From the NCBI RefSeq assembly GCF_018977255.1, contig NW_024704743.1, forward strand, positions 48,486,001-48,550,000: DNA of 64,000 nt, read 5' to 3'. Positions 38,625 to 51,280 of the stretch are shown here, piece by piece; the stretch's first letter is position 1; each line of letters begins with the position of its first letter. Source of the DNA: Callorhinchus milii (taxonomy: Eukaryota). Under the pieces are notes generated by a model that was not told the origin of the DNA, searched no databases, and worked only from the letters and a program-made list of their open reading frames with translations. A program made the translations under genes and the position numbers.

Positions 38625-38947
38625 CGATTGTGATGCATTGTTAAAGGTACAATCCTTTGGATGAGTTAAACTAAGATCCTATCTGTCTGTTCAGTTGGAT
38701 GTGGCAGATCTCATGGCACTAATTGAAAAGAGAAGGAAATTTACCTGGCATCCTGGCCTCCAAATAAAATTGGTGATTTACTCCCCCATGGCTGTTTGAA
38801 GGACATTATCATGTGCAAATTGACTGCCATGTTCACCTAAAAATACAGTCACTACACTTTATAGTAATTCCTGTGAAGCATCTTGAGGCGTCTTGACAGC
38901 ATGATGAGGCACTAATACAAATGCAAGGATGATTATTATTATTATTG
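38625..38947 (+). mobile_element. Deu-domain SINE, head missing
   Basis: GGATGAGTTAAAC..GATCTCATGGCACT..CCTGGCC, with tail ATGCAAGGATGA(TTA)n. Confidence 0.75.
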
Positions 38948-38992
38948 TAATCTTTCACCACACTGACTGCATAAATCTGATAAGGAAACCGA

Positions 38993-39221
38993 GAGGTATA
39001 ATATGCAATGATTCGTAACAGTTATTACTAGTAGCAGGAATTCCGAGTCACAAATACCAACTCCTAATGGTAACTGGAAGGACATCAATCTCACCCATTG
39101 GAAACTCTGCTAACTGGAAATATATCCCATATGGTAGAAGAGTTCCCATAGGTCAGCATAACACACTACCAGTTACTGGCAGAAGTTGCTATTAGTAACA
39201 AATCAATGCATATCAAACCCC
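38993..39221. mobile_element. Old MITE-like element with ~27-bp imperfect TIRs
   Basis: Left end GAGGTATAATATGCAATGATTCGTAAC versus reverse-complemented right end GGGGTTTGATATGCATTGATTTGTTAC (21/27 matches). Confidence 0.55.
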
Positions 39222-39960
39222 AATGTGGGCAACTTGAAGGATCAGATCAATTACAAGTGCAATTTAGTATGGTACTACAAAAGTGACTCGAATAACACTT
39301 AGATGTGATCTCCAGTTTTCCATTCACTTCCTGAATTAAATTGGCAGCTATTAATCATGAGAAGAAACACATAGTTAGCTGCTTTTTATGACCTACCTCC
39401 AGAACTAATTAACAGGAACATTACAGCCTCTGGCAATTGTACCTGAACACATCAAGCCAGGTAGCAGGAAGAGTGGAAATCTGTATGTCTCTCAATTTAA
39501 CACCAGCATAATAAAGCATTATTGATGTCCGCCTGTACAGTCCTATGAAATGTCTTGCTTTCCGAGAGCACTGAAGATCCTATGAACTTGACAGAATTTA
39601 AATGGACTGTAATGTATATTGAAAATTGATCCACCACAAAGCAACTTCAAAAACATACATTAGTAATTTCTCACATAATAAATGCAATAACCTCTTTGGT
39701 TCTGTCTTTGAAGTGTGTGTTTTTGTAAAGCCCTTTGGACACAAGCCGATTGGGTTCCAAAGAGCTGGGTGCCTAAAATATATTATAGTGAAGTAAATAA
39801 TCCAGGCTCAGGTCTAATTAGAAATCTCCTGGGCTTGAGTAAAAGTGACTGAGTTATAAAGTTGTCAATATAAATTTGGTATAAGACATTGTATGCATAT
39901 AATATCTTGCTTCTGTATTTAAAGCATTTTCTAGTAAATAGATGTTCTCCTCATATGCAA

Positions 39961-40070
39961 TTATAATAATCCTTGCATTTGATATAGTGCTTTTCACATC
40001 TTCTAGACATCTCCAAGCACTTCACAGAATATATTGTAAAGTGAATTAATTGTATATTTATGGGCGAAAC
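39961..40070 (-). mobile_element. SINE 3' tail
   Basis: ATAATAATCCTTGCATTTGATATAGTGC..GGGCGAAAC. Confidence 0.8.
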
Positions 40071-40205
40071 AATTGTGATATTTCAGTATGGATTACTTCA
40101 GTTCTGCCGAGTGTGAATTAGGCACAAAACCACCTGAACTTGAGGGGGATCTCATCCCATGATGATCAATTCTTTGCTTTTTATTATGTTTTAATCCAAT
40201 GGAGA

Positions 40206-40420
40206 GATAAGAACATAAGAACAAAAGAATTTGCTGGGCAAACGAAGACCAAGGTCCATCCAGTCCACCTTCCACCATCCTGGCAGTCGCTTGACATCTC
40301 ATGTCCTAAACTTTATATTGTATCCCAAGATATTATTTTCTGACAGAAATCTATCTAATTTGTTCTTGAAAGAATCAGCACTTTCTGCTTCTCCAGGGAG
40401 CCTGTTCCGTATGTTTATAG
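40206..40420 (-). mobile_element. CR1 LINE 3' fragment
   Basis: (ATAAGAAC)n terminal repeat and GAAGACCAAGGTCCATCCAGTCC. Confidence 0.7.
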
Positions 40421-40471
40421 TAAGCATTGTTAGATCATGCTGATCATGAGTTTGTTCATCCCAGCAACCAG

Positions 40472-40640
40472 AGGCTAGAAATTTCTCATAGTCTTAGCCT
40501 TAAAACCATTATCTTAACATTTAAGATTGTGCAGAACTTTGGGAAAAATTCTGTAATTTAATCTTAATTTAGAAAATGGTTTTTCACAACTCTTAAAATG
40601 AACGATCTTAACTCTAAAACCATGAGAATTTCACGCCTTA
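40472..40640. mobile_element. Palindromic AT-rich MITE-like repeat (related copies at ~60578-60800 and ~63245-63340)
   Basis: Core ATTTAAGATTGTGC is shared by the three loci. Ends GAAATTTCTCAT / ATGAGAATTTC. Confidence 0.55.
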
Positions 40641-42364
40641 GGTACTTTGTAGGGTGCCTTTTGTGAGATTATTGTGAGATTTATCACTCTGAGATGCTCT
40701 CAGCATGACAGGTGCTATATAAATGCAAGTCGTTGTTGTTGTATTGCTACAAGATAGAATGCCAGAGATTACCAACACAATTAAATCCTAATGTAAACCT
40801 GAGATCTCAAAAAACAGAACTCAATTCAATCAACTAACTACCCTTTTTGTTTGATAATGGAGTTATGAGAATGTACTAAGATTTTAGTGTCAGTCTTTTT
40901 TTAATATATAACCTTCCTTCCCCCAAATGGTCAAAAGGTTACCATGAGACAAGTTCAGTAAATCAGGATATCTCCCATGTGTAGTGAATATTGGCAATGC
41001 TAAAATAGGAAACAAAGGAACACTCTGGCAATCCAGGTTAAAAATTCATTTCCTTGATAATAAGGCCCGTTTAGGATAATTTGCTGGTAACTGGAACTGC
41101 CTGAGTGACAGCAGCATGCAGGGCATAAACAATCTTAGCAAGCCTCTGAATTTGTGGGGATGTCAGGCAAATTTAAGTTCATCATAAAAGAATTCTCTGC
41201 AACTGTATTTCAATATGACATTTTTATGGTTTCTTATTTTCTAGCCCATTGCAGTCTCAGAGCCTTGGCATGATTTATGCAGCCTGGCAGTGGATAATCT
41301 TCTGTATAAGATATACTGGCCTCTGGAGATTTAATTTCTTCCCTCACTTCTGCTGACAGCATTTGCACTTTCCTTCTATTCTATTTTCATTTCTAATGAG
41401 ATATTGGACTTTGTTCAGTGAGAGGTGATATTTCCACATTTGCCGTCTGACAGGGAAAATCATCTGATCTCAATGGTGAGGATGCAAACCCATTTAAGCA
41501 GTGTCAAAATATTCATGGAAATCCATTGATTTGGTCAGTGAGAATTAAAAAGCTATTTGGTTAGCTCAAGTTTAATTTTGGTAGCATTCCACTACAAAAT
41601 CACTCAGTTGCATTACAGACATCATGGGACTTTGATCTTTACAGTTACTGCTAATGGGTTTAGTTCACATTTCTCAGAATTATCCCTTGACACTAAATCA
41701 TATTTTTATTGCGTAGCGTGTGACAGTTTATGTTTATTTTACAGAAATTAAATGTGATGGGCAAGGCTCTATAAAAATAACACAATCTCACAATAAAAGT
41801 GTACCTTTTATGTTTACGACATGAGTAAATGAAACCACAAAGATGATATGAGTTTCACAACCTTAACTCTTTCAGCACTCCTGCATTGGAACAGTTTTGC
41901 TTCACTTTCAACATATACTTATAAGCCTAGTTTTTCAATCGAGTAACATAGTAATAGGATTGAGCAATGGACCACTGCAGCACCTAGCCTGATCACTTAA
42001 ACTTCCCAAAAGATTTCCCATCACTCTCTCTGGAGTGAGAAGAAGGGAAAAGAGTTACTGGATTTCTCTACAATCTCAATACCAGTACTAACCTGTGTTT
42101 AAATCCATTCTTTTCAGAGGGCAAAACAGGTATAATTTTCTAGACTGAAGGATGCTATAGTTCATTTGTTAATCAGATGTTTGCCATCACTCTGAGTCAT
42201 TGACAGGAACACTTTTTTGCTGCTGAAAGTCTGGCATTAAAATTCTACTATGATGAGGACTTTTTTCTACATAAACTGCCAAATCTTAATTCTTACAGCA
42301 ATAGTCTGCATAAATGGTGCAATGGCATTCCACGCATCCATCAATGCATATGTGAACACAACGG

Positions 42365-42497
42365 TAAATAAATTGGCTAGTTTAAAAAGCTATTAAAAGA
42401 CAGTCACTATACTTTACAATGTATATTGTGTGAAACGCTTTGAGACATCTCAATGACGTGATAAGGTGCCATATCAAATGCAAGGATTATTATTATA
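42365..42497 (+). mobile_element. SINE 3' tail
   Basis: GTGAAACGCTTTGAGACATCTC..ATCAAATGCAAGGA(TTA)n. Confidence 0.8.
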
Positions 42498-44014
42498 GTA
42501 CAGGAAAGTCACAGTTCCACAATAGGATTAATATATTCTTTCCCATCCTCTAAAAATCAGCAGATTATTTTCTGTTGCCCTACTATATCTATTTGATATC
42601 CACAGCAAGATGCATGGAATTTTCTACTGGGAAAGCTTAACATTCAATTCTCTCTGCTGTGCACTCGATGATTTCTTTACCATTCTGCATCTGAGGATGT
42701 TCGGTAAGTTTTTTTTTACAGTAACAATAGTACATTTTTTAAGCGCTCCAAGATGCTACGCCACGTGAAGTGTGTTATATAAATAAGTTGTTCTTCTTAT
42801 GATAGAATGCGTGACATGAGCACATTTATCCCTCCATAGTTGGTTTATCTAGCACCACAAATTGGTTATCTGAGTATCATTAGTTTGTCTCACTGAAGTC
42901 CTGGAAGTTGCCTTCTTGCTGTTCTTCTTGAAATAAGACTCACAAAAGTGCTTTTTCTGGGCATTGTTTTGTTTGATATCATAATAGATGCAAAACAACA
43001 TTGAGACAATCCACTTTGTATCTTCAACGTCAAATCCAATCTGCAGTTAAATAATTCTTTGGTTGGTTGTACCTCCAGTAGGTTAAAAATCATATTGGCA
43101 AATTTAACTACAGCCATTGTCTACAGGTGTTTGCTCATATCCATGCATGTTCTTGTAAGTGATACTCCAGAGAGTATAGTTCTGACCACTATAATATAGT
43201 TATTGGAAGTTTTTGACGAGTGTTGAGTGAAATTAGTTAAAATATTTTGTGCAAGTAATTGAGTCCAACACTGTTTGCTCCAGCTCCGTATTACAGTCAC
43301 AGGTTGCTGGTGGTTTTTGATAAGATTCAGCTCAGCTGGTATGAAAGCTAGAGTTTATGGATGAGAGTAAAGACAGAAAACATAGTTCAGCTGGGCTTCC
43401 AATTCATTGTTTATGTTCACCTTTGTATTGGAAGCTTATCCTTGCTCTGTTGACCTGTTGTCAAATTTCCCTATTCTGAGATCACTTTCTAAAGAACTTC
43501 CCGGGCGTAATAATTAAGAACAAACACTGCCATGGCAAACTGTTTGCTTGAATAACAGGCACCAGGCACCATGGCACTTATCCATTGGGCAAATATATCA
43601 GTACCAAGATGTTTGACATCCAACTCCATTGTTGGTTGTCAAAGATAAAATAACTCAAAACATTCTGTCTAATAATCCACGAAGACTAACAGATATACAT
43701 TCCTGCAAAGACTCAATAGGAAAGAGCCCATGAGGTCAAATGCAAGCATGATTATTTTCTTCCACTGTTTAGATAATGTCAGGTTTTATTTCTTAAAAAT
43801 CAGATTTAAGTTCAACAGTCAAGGCATTCCTGCCCATAAGATTGATTATTCTAGTAAGTTTTGAGTCAAAAAGGTTATTCTGCATATTTATTGAAATGTT
43901 GTGGTTCCTTTTGACTGGCCAGGTAATGAATTGTCATATGTCTGCATGTTGTCCACTCTGAGGTATTAAAGTACTTTTACACAATATTAGTAGATGCCTT
44001 GCACGGTACTCACT

Positions 44015-44122
44015 TAATAATAATTCTTGCATTTGATCTTGCGCCTTTCATGTTGGAGGGCGCCTCAGAGTGCCTCACGGGATTCACTGTTCAGTATATT
44101 CACTGTGTATTTTGTAGGCAAA
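44015..44122 (-). mobile_element. SINE 3' tail
   Basis: TAATAATAATTCTTGCATTTGATC..GTATTTTGTAGGCAAA. Confidence 0.7.
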
Positions 44123-45083
44123 ATATCTACTTGTACTATTCTTCAATACATTGAAATGTTACATGTTCCAAATTACCAGGGCTTGATGAAGAACATTAAC
44201 TTAAGGGTTTTGTTCCTACCACTAAATTCACAGCTAACCATAGTCTATCACCATGAAAGTGCTTGGTTGTTCTGGATCACTTGGCCCAGTAATGATCTGC
44301 TATCCTTTGTCATTGACTTTTTGTCTTGAGCTAAATTGTTGACCAGTTAGGCCATAATACTATTCTAATATTGAACTGCAGCATTTCATTCTAGCAAACC
44401 TGTGCCATAGAGGGAGACACTGAGATCTAAAATGTGGATTGGCAACCAAGAAGTTGTTATTTGTGCAATGATTTCCAGTTTGTGAATACTGTATTTTAGT
44501 CCTCAATATTTACTGTGAAATTAATTTCTGAGTTCCCACACTGCATCTATGAATGACCTAGAGTATTAGGTCATTCATGTTGTTAGTTTAATGAGTGGCT
44601 GAAACTTGACTGAAATTAACTGATGTCTAGGAGGTTAAGCTCAATTGGTGGCTTTCATTCTCAGTGATCAAACCTGTAGGTAAAATAATTCAAATATACT
44701 GTTTTCTTATTGACTCTAATGTCATTCTCTGTAAAGACACACCTGTGTTTTCCTTTTCAAGAGCAAACGTTCTTTCTTCCATCTGTCACAATTCAATGCA
44801 TTTCTTGTCTGCTTGTTTTATTTTCATAACTCCGCTCTGTAGCTTAAAAATTCTCTGGTGAATGGTTCTTTTGCATGTATGCTTCATTTATTTTTTGTAA
44901 ACGAACATATTATTTAACTTATTTCGGCTCATTGATGTGTGAGAACAGACTAGTCATTTTTCTGAACGAGTCTTTTTATTTCTCGTTGAAAGCTGCCTGA
45001 ACATTGCCGAATAATGTTCGTAGAGTCCTGTGTAACCTAGCTCTGAGCTGCAACTCAGAGCACAGGCAGATTGAACTTGCATC

Positions 45084-45280
45084 CTGTGGTGGCCAGTCTG
45101 CATGCGTGAAGCGACTCCCTGAACATTCGTACAAGTCTAGGTAGGTTTGTGTTTGATCAGTAGTGTGTTTTCAGTTTTTCCTTGATTGAATATTTCTTGA
45201 TTTATAGCCGTAAATCAAAATAAATGCAATCAAGAACATTTATTTTGTTGGCCGACTGTAAAGGATGACCTTCTCCATTG
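45084..45280. mobile_element. hAT-type MITE, diverged
   Basis: Starts CTGTGGTGGCCAGTCT, contains GAACATTCGTACAAGTCTAGGTAGGT and the internal palindrome. Confidence 0.7.
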
Positions 45281-45449
45281 GAGCTCCAACACACAAACTC
45301 TCCATATAAACACCTTTCACATGTTTTACCAGATTAGTTTCCATTTCTTTACTGTGCACTCTTTTGCAATTTACCTGGTAGAAGTGTTGAGCTACCTGCA
45401 CTGCATTGCATGATTAATGGACAGTGAGATCTAACTAAAAATCCCCAGG

Positions 45450-45853
45450 ATTTAATAACCTTTATATTTTAGATCACGTCACTCAGGCATCTCAAAGCAC
45501 TTCAAAGGATATACTGTAAAGTGGTGTGAGTATGTGTATTTTGGGGACAAAATTCAACAGCCAATTTGTGCACAGCAATATACCACAAACACCCATGGAG
45601 TGAATCACCAATTTTATTTGTCCAGGACACCAGGAGAAACCATTCTTTTTTTGAATAGTGCCATAGCGTCTTTGACATCACACCTGGATAGGCTGACAGG
45701 ATCTTGGTTTAACATTTCATCTGAAGATTACAGCTCCAACACTGAAGAATACCCCCAGCACCGCATTGGAGTGTCAACCTAGAGTTCCAAGACCCAATGT
45801 GGGGCTTGAACCCACAACCTTCTGAGGTGACAGTTCTACCAACCATGCCAGGC
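45450..45853 (-). mobile_element. Deu-domain SINE, near full length
   Basis: CCAGGACACCAGGAGAAAC..GAATAGTGCCAT, reversed head GGGGCTTGAACCCACAACCTTCTGA. Confidence 0.85.
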
Positions 45854-46690
45854 TTCGCACATTTAAATGCTTCTTGCAATTAACAGATAAAGTCAAATGA
45901 AATAAACAAGATAGTCGACTTGAGAATAAAATAGTGGACAAATTGTGGATTGTACTCATCTGATTCCCCCATCCTTTCTTGTCACACCAATAAAAATGTA
46001 ATTATGAAGGAATTGTCATTCAAATATCCAAAAGATTCAAGGAAATGCTAATATAACACCGTAAGAGGCAATTGGCTGGATAAATGGCTCAAGTTCCACA
46101 TGCATTTGAATGTTTTATACAAATAAATGATGGACACTTGGAATTTCTGGTTTAAATAACATACGAATAGAAACGTTCAACAGTTCAAGGTCTCAACTGT
46201 CAGACATCGACTGATCAAAAACAATCATTGTCCATTTGGAATGAAAGAGGGCAGGAATGAGAAACATCTATTCGGCCCATCCAGGTCCTGTAGCAGGACA
46301 CTGTTGAACATTTATCACTGTTTTCCTATTTTAGTTGCTTTATTCTTTACTTCTATTTTCTGAATTGAATATGATAAATGATTTCCTTTTATTCAAAAAT
46401 TAAGACATGATTCTCTTATGTTTAAGGACACAACTATTTTTAAAAATATTGTTTTTCCATTTTGTAACAATACAGTTAACAAGAGGAGAAAAATAAGCAC
46501 TTGAATACTTGAGGAAAGCAAGAAGAACTTGTAAATTCAGGAAAGAAGAAATAAAACACATTCACAATCAATAAACAACATCAACAACTTGCATTTACAT
46601 AGCGCCCTTCAAAAGTGTCTCGGAGCTACTATTTACATGTTGATGTCTTATGTGTGTACTTAAATATTGTTTGTTTTATTCTAACTACAG

Positions 46691-46855
46691 CTGTTGATTG
46701 TGGATTTTATGGGAGCTGTGTTGATGGCAAAGAAAAGCTGTTTTTCTCATCAAAGCTGTCGTCTAAAGATGATCAGTCTTGTTTAGCTTTGAAGCAATCC
46801 AGTGCAGGAACAGGTCCATTCGACGTTCTGGCAGGAGGTCGCTGCTCTTCAATGA
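46691..46855 (+). other. Candidate internal exon (165 nt, open in phase 1-1), product unknown
   Basis: Acceptor TTGTTTGTTTTATTCTAACTACAG and donor GTGAGT. The only open frame reads VDCGFYGSCVDGKEKLFF...GGRCSSM. Confidence 0.3.
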
Positions 46856-47939
46856 GTGAGTGTCTAACCACTCCTGTACTGGTGATAGCAGTATACAAGA
46901 TGAATCAGAGATTACTTGCCTTGTTACTCTAGTTAGATAACAATGATAGATTGTAACCTATGTAAATGGCCGTGCTGCCACAGACAATTAACTGAACTAG
47001 ATGATAAAAATAATTAATGACGGTAGTATCTTCACAATGCCAATGCACTGGTCTTGTTTCACTGTTTTTCAGCATTTTTCATAGCACGTGAAACCATTTC
47101 TCTGTAACTTACCCCATACTTTATTCACACCAGAATCTTCATTATCATTAGTGATTGGTGCACGTTAGACCCCAGTGGCTTCTTGCTGGAGATTGTGTGC
47201 CTGTTGCTAATAGCCTCAGCTGTTCTGAACTATTACTGCAATTTCTCATCTTCTCTGGTAGTATAACAATTCCCAGGTTTCTTCTTGGTCCTCATTTATT
47301 TAGATATTTGGACCTGAGACAATGCATGCAAATCATGATGTTGTAAATAACCCTGTGCAATCAGACCCTAGCCATTACCTCCCAATATTTGCAACCTGTA
47401 AGCTGGGAGGAGTGGAGTACAGAGATGTGATTTGGTACCATTACTGAACTAAGCAAAATCCATCACGGCCAAAGATGGTCGCAAATGTGGTTCAGTTTGC
47501 ATCACAACCAAAAAGCAATATTTTGATCAGGTCGTAACTTTTCAAAACTTTCAAATCCAGCAGCTGTATAATTTGTATTTTATTTGTGATTTGCATTGTA
47601 TGTTATGTAGTCTCTCATTTTAATTATCTATACAACGTGACTCATTTCAATTAGATACTATAAATACTCTTGTGTATAACTGTCATTTTATATTATACAT
47701 ACTATAAATAGTCATATAATTTCAGTTACATATACTGTAAATATTCAGGATTTTTGATTAAATAAACCATAACTGGCTCTATAAATATTATATTTCTTAC
47801 CATGTAATTTTAATTGTATTAATTATATACCCGCACAATTCTCATCATAATCCTTTCATATCCAATGAATCAAATTTCCACTATGGTATTTTAATTATAT
47901 CCAGAACAAATTACACAATTTAATAAACCTGAAAATAGT

Positions 47940-48210
47940 ATGTGAGAGACAGAGATGGAAACAGGTAGAGAGAATGACAGGAACAGCAGTCAAAAGAGTA
48001 AAAGATAAACAAATAGACAGGGCAGAAAAAGCAGAGAGTAAGAGGAAGCATAAGGAACAGATATTGAGAACGCAGGAAATAAGGGAGATGGAGAAAAGAA
48101 AAGTGACAGGATCGAGAAAGTAGAGTCATTCAGATAGCTGGAGGGCAAAAAACAAAGGGGAGACTGAATGGGAGCAAAATTAACAGAGATCAAGATAGAA
48201 ACAAGAATCA
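47940..48210. repeat. Purine-rich (A/G) low-complexity tract following an AT-rich tract
   Basis: Strong A/G skew on the + strand for ~270 bp. Confidence 0.7.
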
Positions 48211-48767
48211 CCAGAAATTACAATATTAAGGGCAACTTTAATTTGCTTTGTACACACGGTCAACACAACCCACACATTCTGCATGTGGGTTGTTGACCCA
48301 ATTTACGAGTTAAACTTCAATCTGAAGAAATAGTTGATATAGGTGTTCAGGAAGATTCTGTACAAGAGATAGGATAGGATAGATTTATTCCTTTCCAGTT
48401 AGTATATTCTTCCAAGGCGAAGTTAATTTTAGATGATTTTTCTTCCTAGATATAATTTACTATTTCCGAGAGGAAATAGATGGCATTTAAACATATTGAC
48501 TCACTTTCCAGTACAAAATCTACAGAGAATAAGTGGATAACTGGTTGAACAGACAAATAGTGTTAATGTTCTCACCAAGAAGTTTTGAGTTTTCTTTTAC
48601 GAATTAACTATATTGTATATTATTAAGGAAGCAGTAGTGTCAAAATCTTGTCGTTAGCTGTAGAAAGAAAACTGAATTAGAATTTGTATAGTGCCATATC
48701 ATGTTAAAAGCGCTTTACAGGTCATTACTGTCAAGTGATTTACACTTGACAGTAATGACCTGTAAGT

Positions 48768-48885
48768 GGAGTCCTGTAGCTCAGTGGTTAGAGCACTCGC
48801 TTTGCAAGTGAGAGACCTGAGTTCAATTCCAGGCAGAGGGCGAAACCTTGGGCAAGTTTCCTTACTCCACAAGTACTCCTTACTT
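48768..48885 (+). mobile_element. SINE family A head, 3'-truncated
   Basis: GGAGTCCTGTAGCTCAGTGGTTAGAGCACTCGCTTTGCAAGTGAGAGACCTGAGTTCAATTCC followed by TTGGGCAAGTTTCCTTACTCCAC. Confidence 0.9.
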
Positions 48886-49457
48886 TCATCCCCAAAAAAT
48901 AGAAATCATGAATAGAAAAATTTCTACCCCACCAACAACTTATAGAATATATTTACCCCTCACCCACCCCCAATATTTATATGAGCCTCCTACACAACTT
49001 CCAGTCTAGAATTGGTTTGACAGCAGTGACAAATGTAGCAACAAATATTTTTTTCTCTAGTCCCAGTGGAAGCTCCATTATACAGTAGTCAGTAGAGGAG
49101 CTCAAAATCAATAGGATAAGAACTCCTTTAGTGGTTCTGCAGGTTTGTAATAATGAGATCTAGCTACATTATGTTATGTTGAATTGATACTGGAACGCGA
49201 CCATGTGTGAGGTGAAAGTAAAATAACATGAAGACATCAAGTATTCCTTTTGGCTCTGCTTTGATGGATGAGCTTTAAAAAAATGTGCTAAAGGTGTTTG
49301 TATTTTTCTTCTCAGCTCTCTATTCTGTATTAATGGAATATGGAATCCTTTGCCACAGTTGGCAAATGAGGCTCAGACCATAGCAATATTTAAAGGGGAA
49401 GCTGTTCAAGATGCCAGCTGAATAATTAAAAAAAGACTTTGGATCAACCCATTGCAA

Positions 49458-49558
49458 TGGAGGTGGTCAGGCGCAGGTGGTCAGGTGGTCAGCTGGAGAT
49501 GGTCAGGTGGAGATGGTCAGGACAAAGTAGTCAGGTGGCCAGGGTGTCAGGTGGAGGT
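49458..49558. repeat. Degenerate minisatellite built on (GGTGGTCAG)
   Basis: About 8 occurrences of GTCAG/GCCAG in 7-14 bp units. Confidence 0.85.
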
Positions 49559-50617
49559 TCTCAGACTTCAAACTGCTCAGTAATTTTCAACTGAATTTTT
49601 TTTAACTGCTTTACAAATGTGGAGCGAGTTGCATAAAGCTTAAAGAAACTTCAGATTCCAAAATTCATCTACATAAACTTTAGTTCCAATGTAACATTTA
49701 GACTTTTTTTGTAGTAGCAGTTCTAGACCATCACTGCCCAGAATTTGGGGGTGGGGGAAAGAAACCAAACTGGATGACAGTATGTGACTGGAACACCAAA
49801 AGTAAGGCAGATCATCTGAAACCTGTTTCCTGCCTGTAGATTGACAGTTCCTTTAATGTGGAATAAAACAGGCGAGATGAAAAGTGTCTTTGAGTACATG
49901 CTGGCTGAGTACTGATTGACAGAGCCTCTGTGAAGCTTTCTGTGTTTGCATGCATTTTCATCACAGTAAGATGATAGAATGACAGATACTGTGAAAATAT
50001 TTCAGGCTTTTTGAATTGGAGGAAAGATCATAAAACTCGCTAATTGGTGTTTAGACAGTTGCTGCAGATAGATGTGCTGTTGAGATGTCTTAATAGAGAT
50101 ATTAGATAAACGTAGTTCATAGCTTTGTATTAACACTGAAAGAGCTGAAAGCAGAAGTGGATAAATTGTGGTCATTCTCGAGAATGTCTTCAAGACTGAA
50201 TGGATGGGGATTGAGGGGAATGCTTGTCTAAAATAGGCAGGGGTTTGTATCTCTTGTTTATTTTATATCCTTTGTGTTTTCAGTTTATTCATCATAAATA
50301 TCTAAACTAAAGATAGTTGATATAAGACTGCTGCATAACCACAAGAGAAATACAGGGGTACCATTGTATCCTAACTAGATATTTAAAAATTACCATTAAA
50401 AATGGTGCTTTCCATATAAAACACTTTCCTGAATAAAACATTAAGATTTTAACAAACAGACAAGTCATATGTTAAATTTTGTTTGGTGGATGTAAAATGT
50501 AGCAGGATGGAGAATGTACACTTGTACATTTATACCTCTTTGTTTGACACTGGCTGTAGTATAACTGTGCATCTTCGCTATAACATGACTGCCTGCAAGC
50601 ACATTACAATTAACTAA

Positions 50618-50752
50618 AAAAAAGGCAAAATACTGCAGATGCTAGAAATCTGAAATAAAAACAGAAGTCGCTGGGAACACGCAGCAGGTCAGGCAGCATC
50701 TATGGAGAGAGGAAAATAAGTTAATGTTTTAGTTCAATAACCTTTCGTCAGA
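50618..50752 (-). mobile_element. Penelope-like element terminal repeat with a decayed hammerhead motif
   Basis: AAATACTGCAGATGCTAGAAATCTGAAATAAAAACAGAA..AGCAGGTCAGGCAGCATCT. The minus strand carries CTGACGA-AAGG..ACT-AAAAC-ATTAAC. Confidence 0.7.
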
Positions 50753-50851
50753 TCCCAATTAACTAATTTTTTTTATGGGTTCTTCCCTTTTGAACCTGTG
50801 TTGCATTTTTGTTTGCAGAATGAATTGTACAGAACTTGTGTTTATCTAAAG

Positions 50852-51003
50852 CAGTGATGGCCAACCTGTTTTTCCATGGGGCCGTCAGGAAGCAGGCCCC
50901 TGAACATTCGCATGGGTCTAGGTAAGTCTGATTTATGGCATAAATTAAGAAATATTCAATCAAGAAAATGCATTTTCTTGGACGACCAATAAAGGTTGGA
51001 CTG
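50852..51003. mobile_element. hAT-type MITE with perfect 8-bp TSD
   Basis: ATCTAAAG at 50844-50851 and 51004-51011. TIRs are CAGTGATGGCCAACCT / AGGTTGGACTG (right TIR internally deleted). Confidence 0.88.
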
Positions 51004-51065
51004 ATCTAAAGAGTACTACATGTTTCGGATGCACTATATCAGAGAAGAAGAATGTTTTTGGTAGG

Positions 51066-51280
51066 GCAGGTGTCTGTCACATGCAGAAATCCATCATCAT
51101 GTTTAAAAATATCCAAACCAGAATTAGAATTCCACATATATATGCCACCTAGAAATTCATGGAAATTCATCTACATTTGGATTGGAGTGTGTACTCTCTC
51201 CCTCAAGGATTGAACCTGCTTACCTAATTCTGGAGCCTATTAGGCGCAGGTTGGTGAGAGCCAAGACTCAGGGACTTAAA
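51066..51280. repeat. Unclassified dispersed repeat X (may extend to ~51560)
   Basis: Matches 18865-19065 at both ends. Confidence 0.7.

Noticed and set aside
48768..48842. tRNA-Ala gene (also at 2563, 21683, 58505 and 59209)
   Set aside because: The acceptor stem does not pair and each head runs into the same SINE body, so these are SINE heads.
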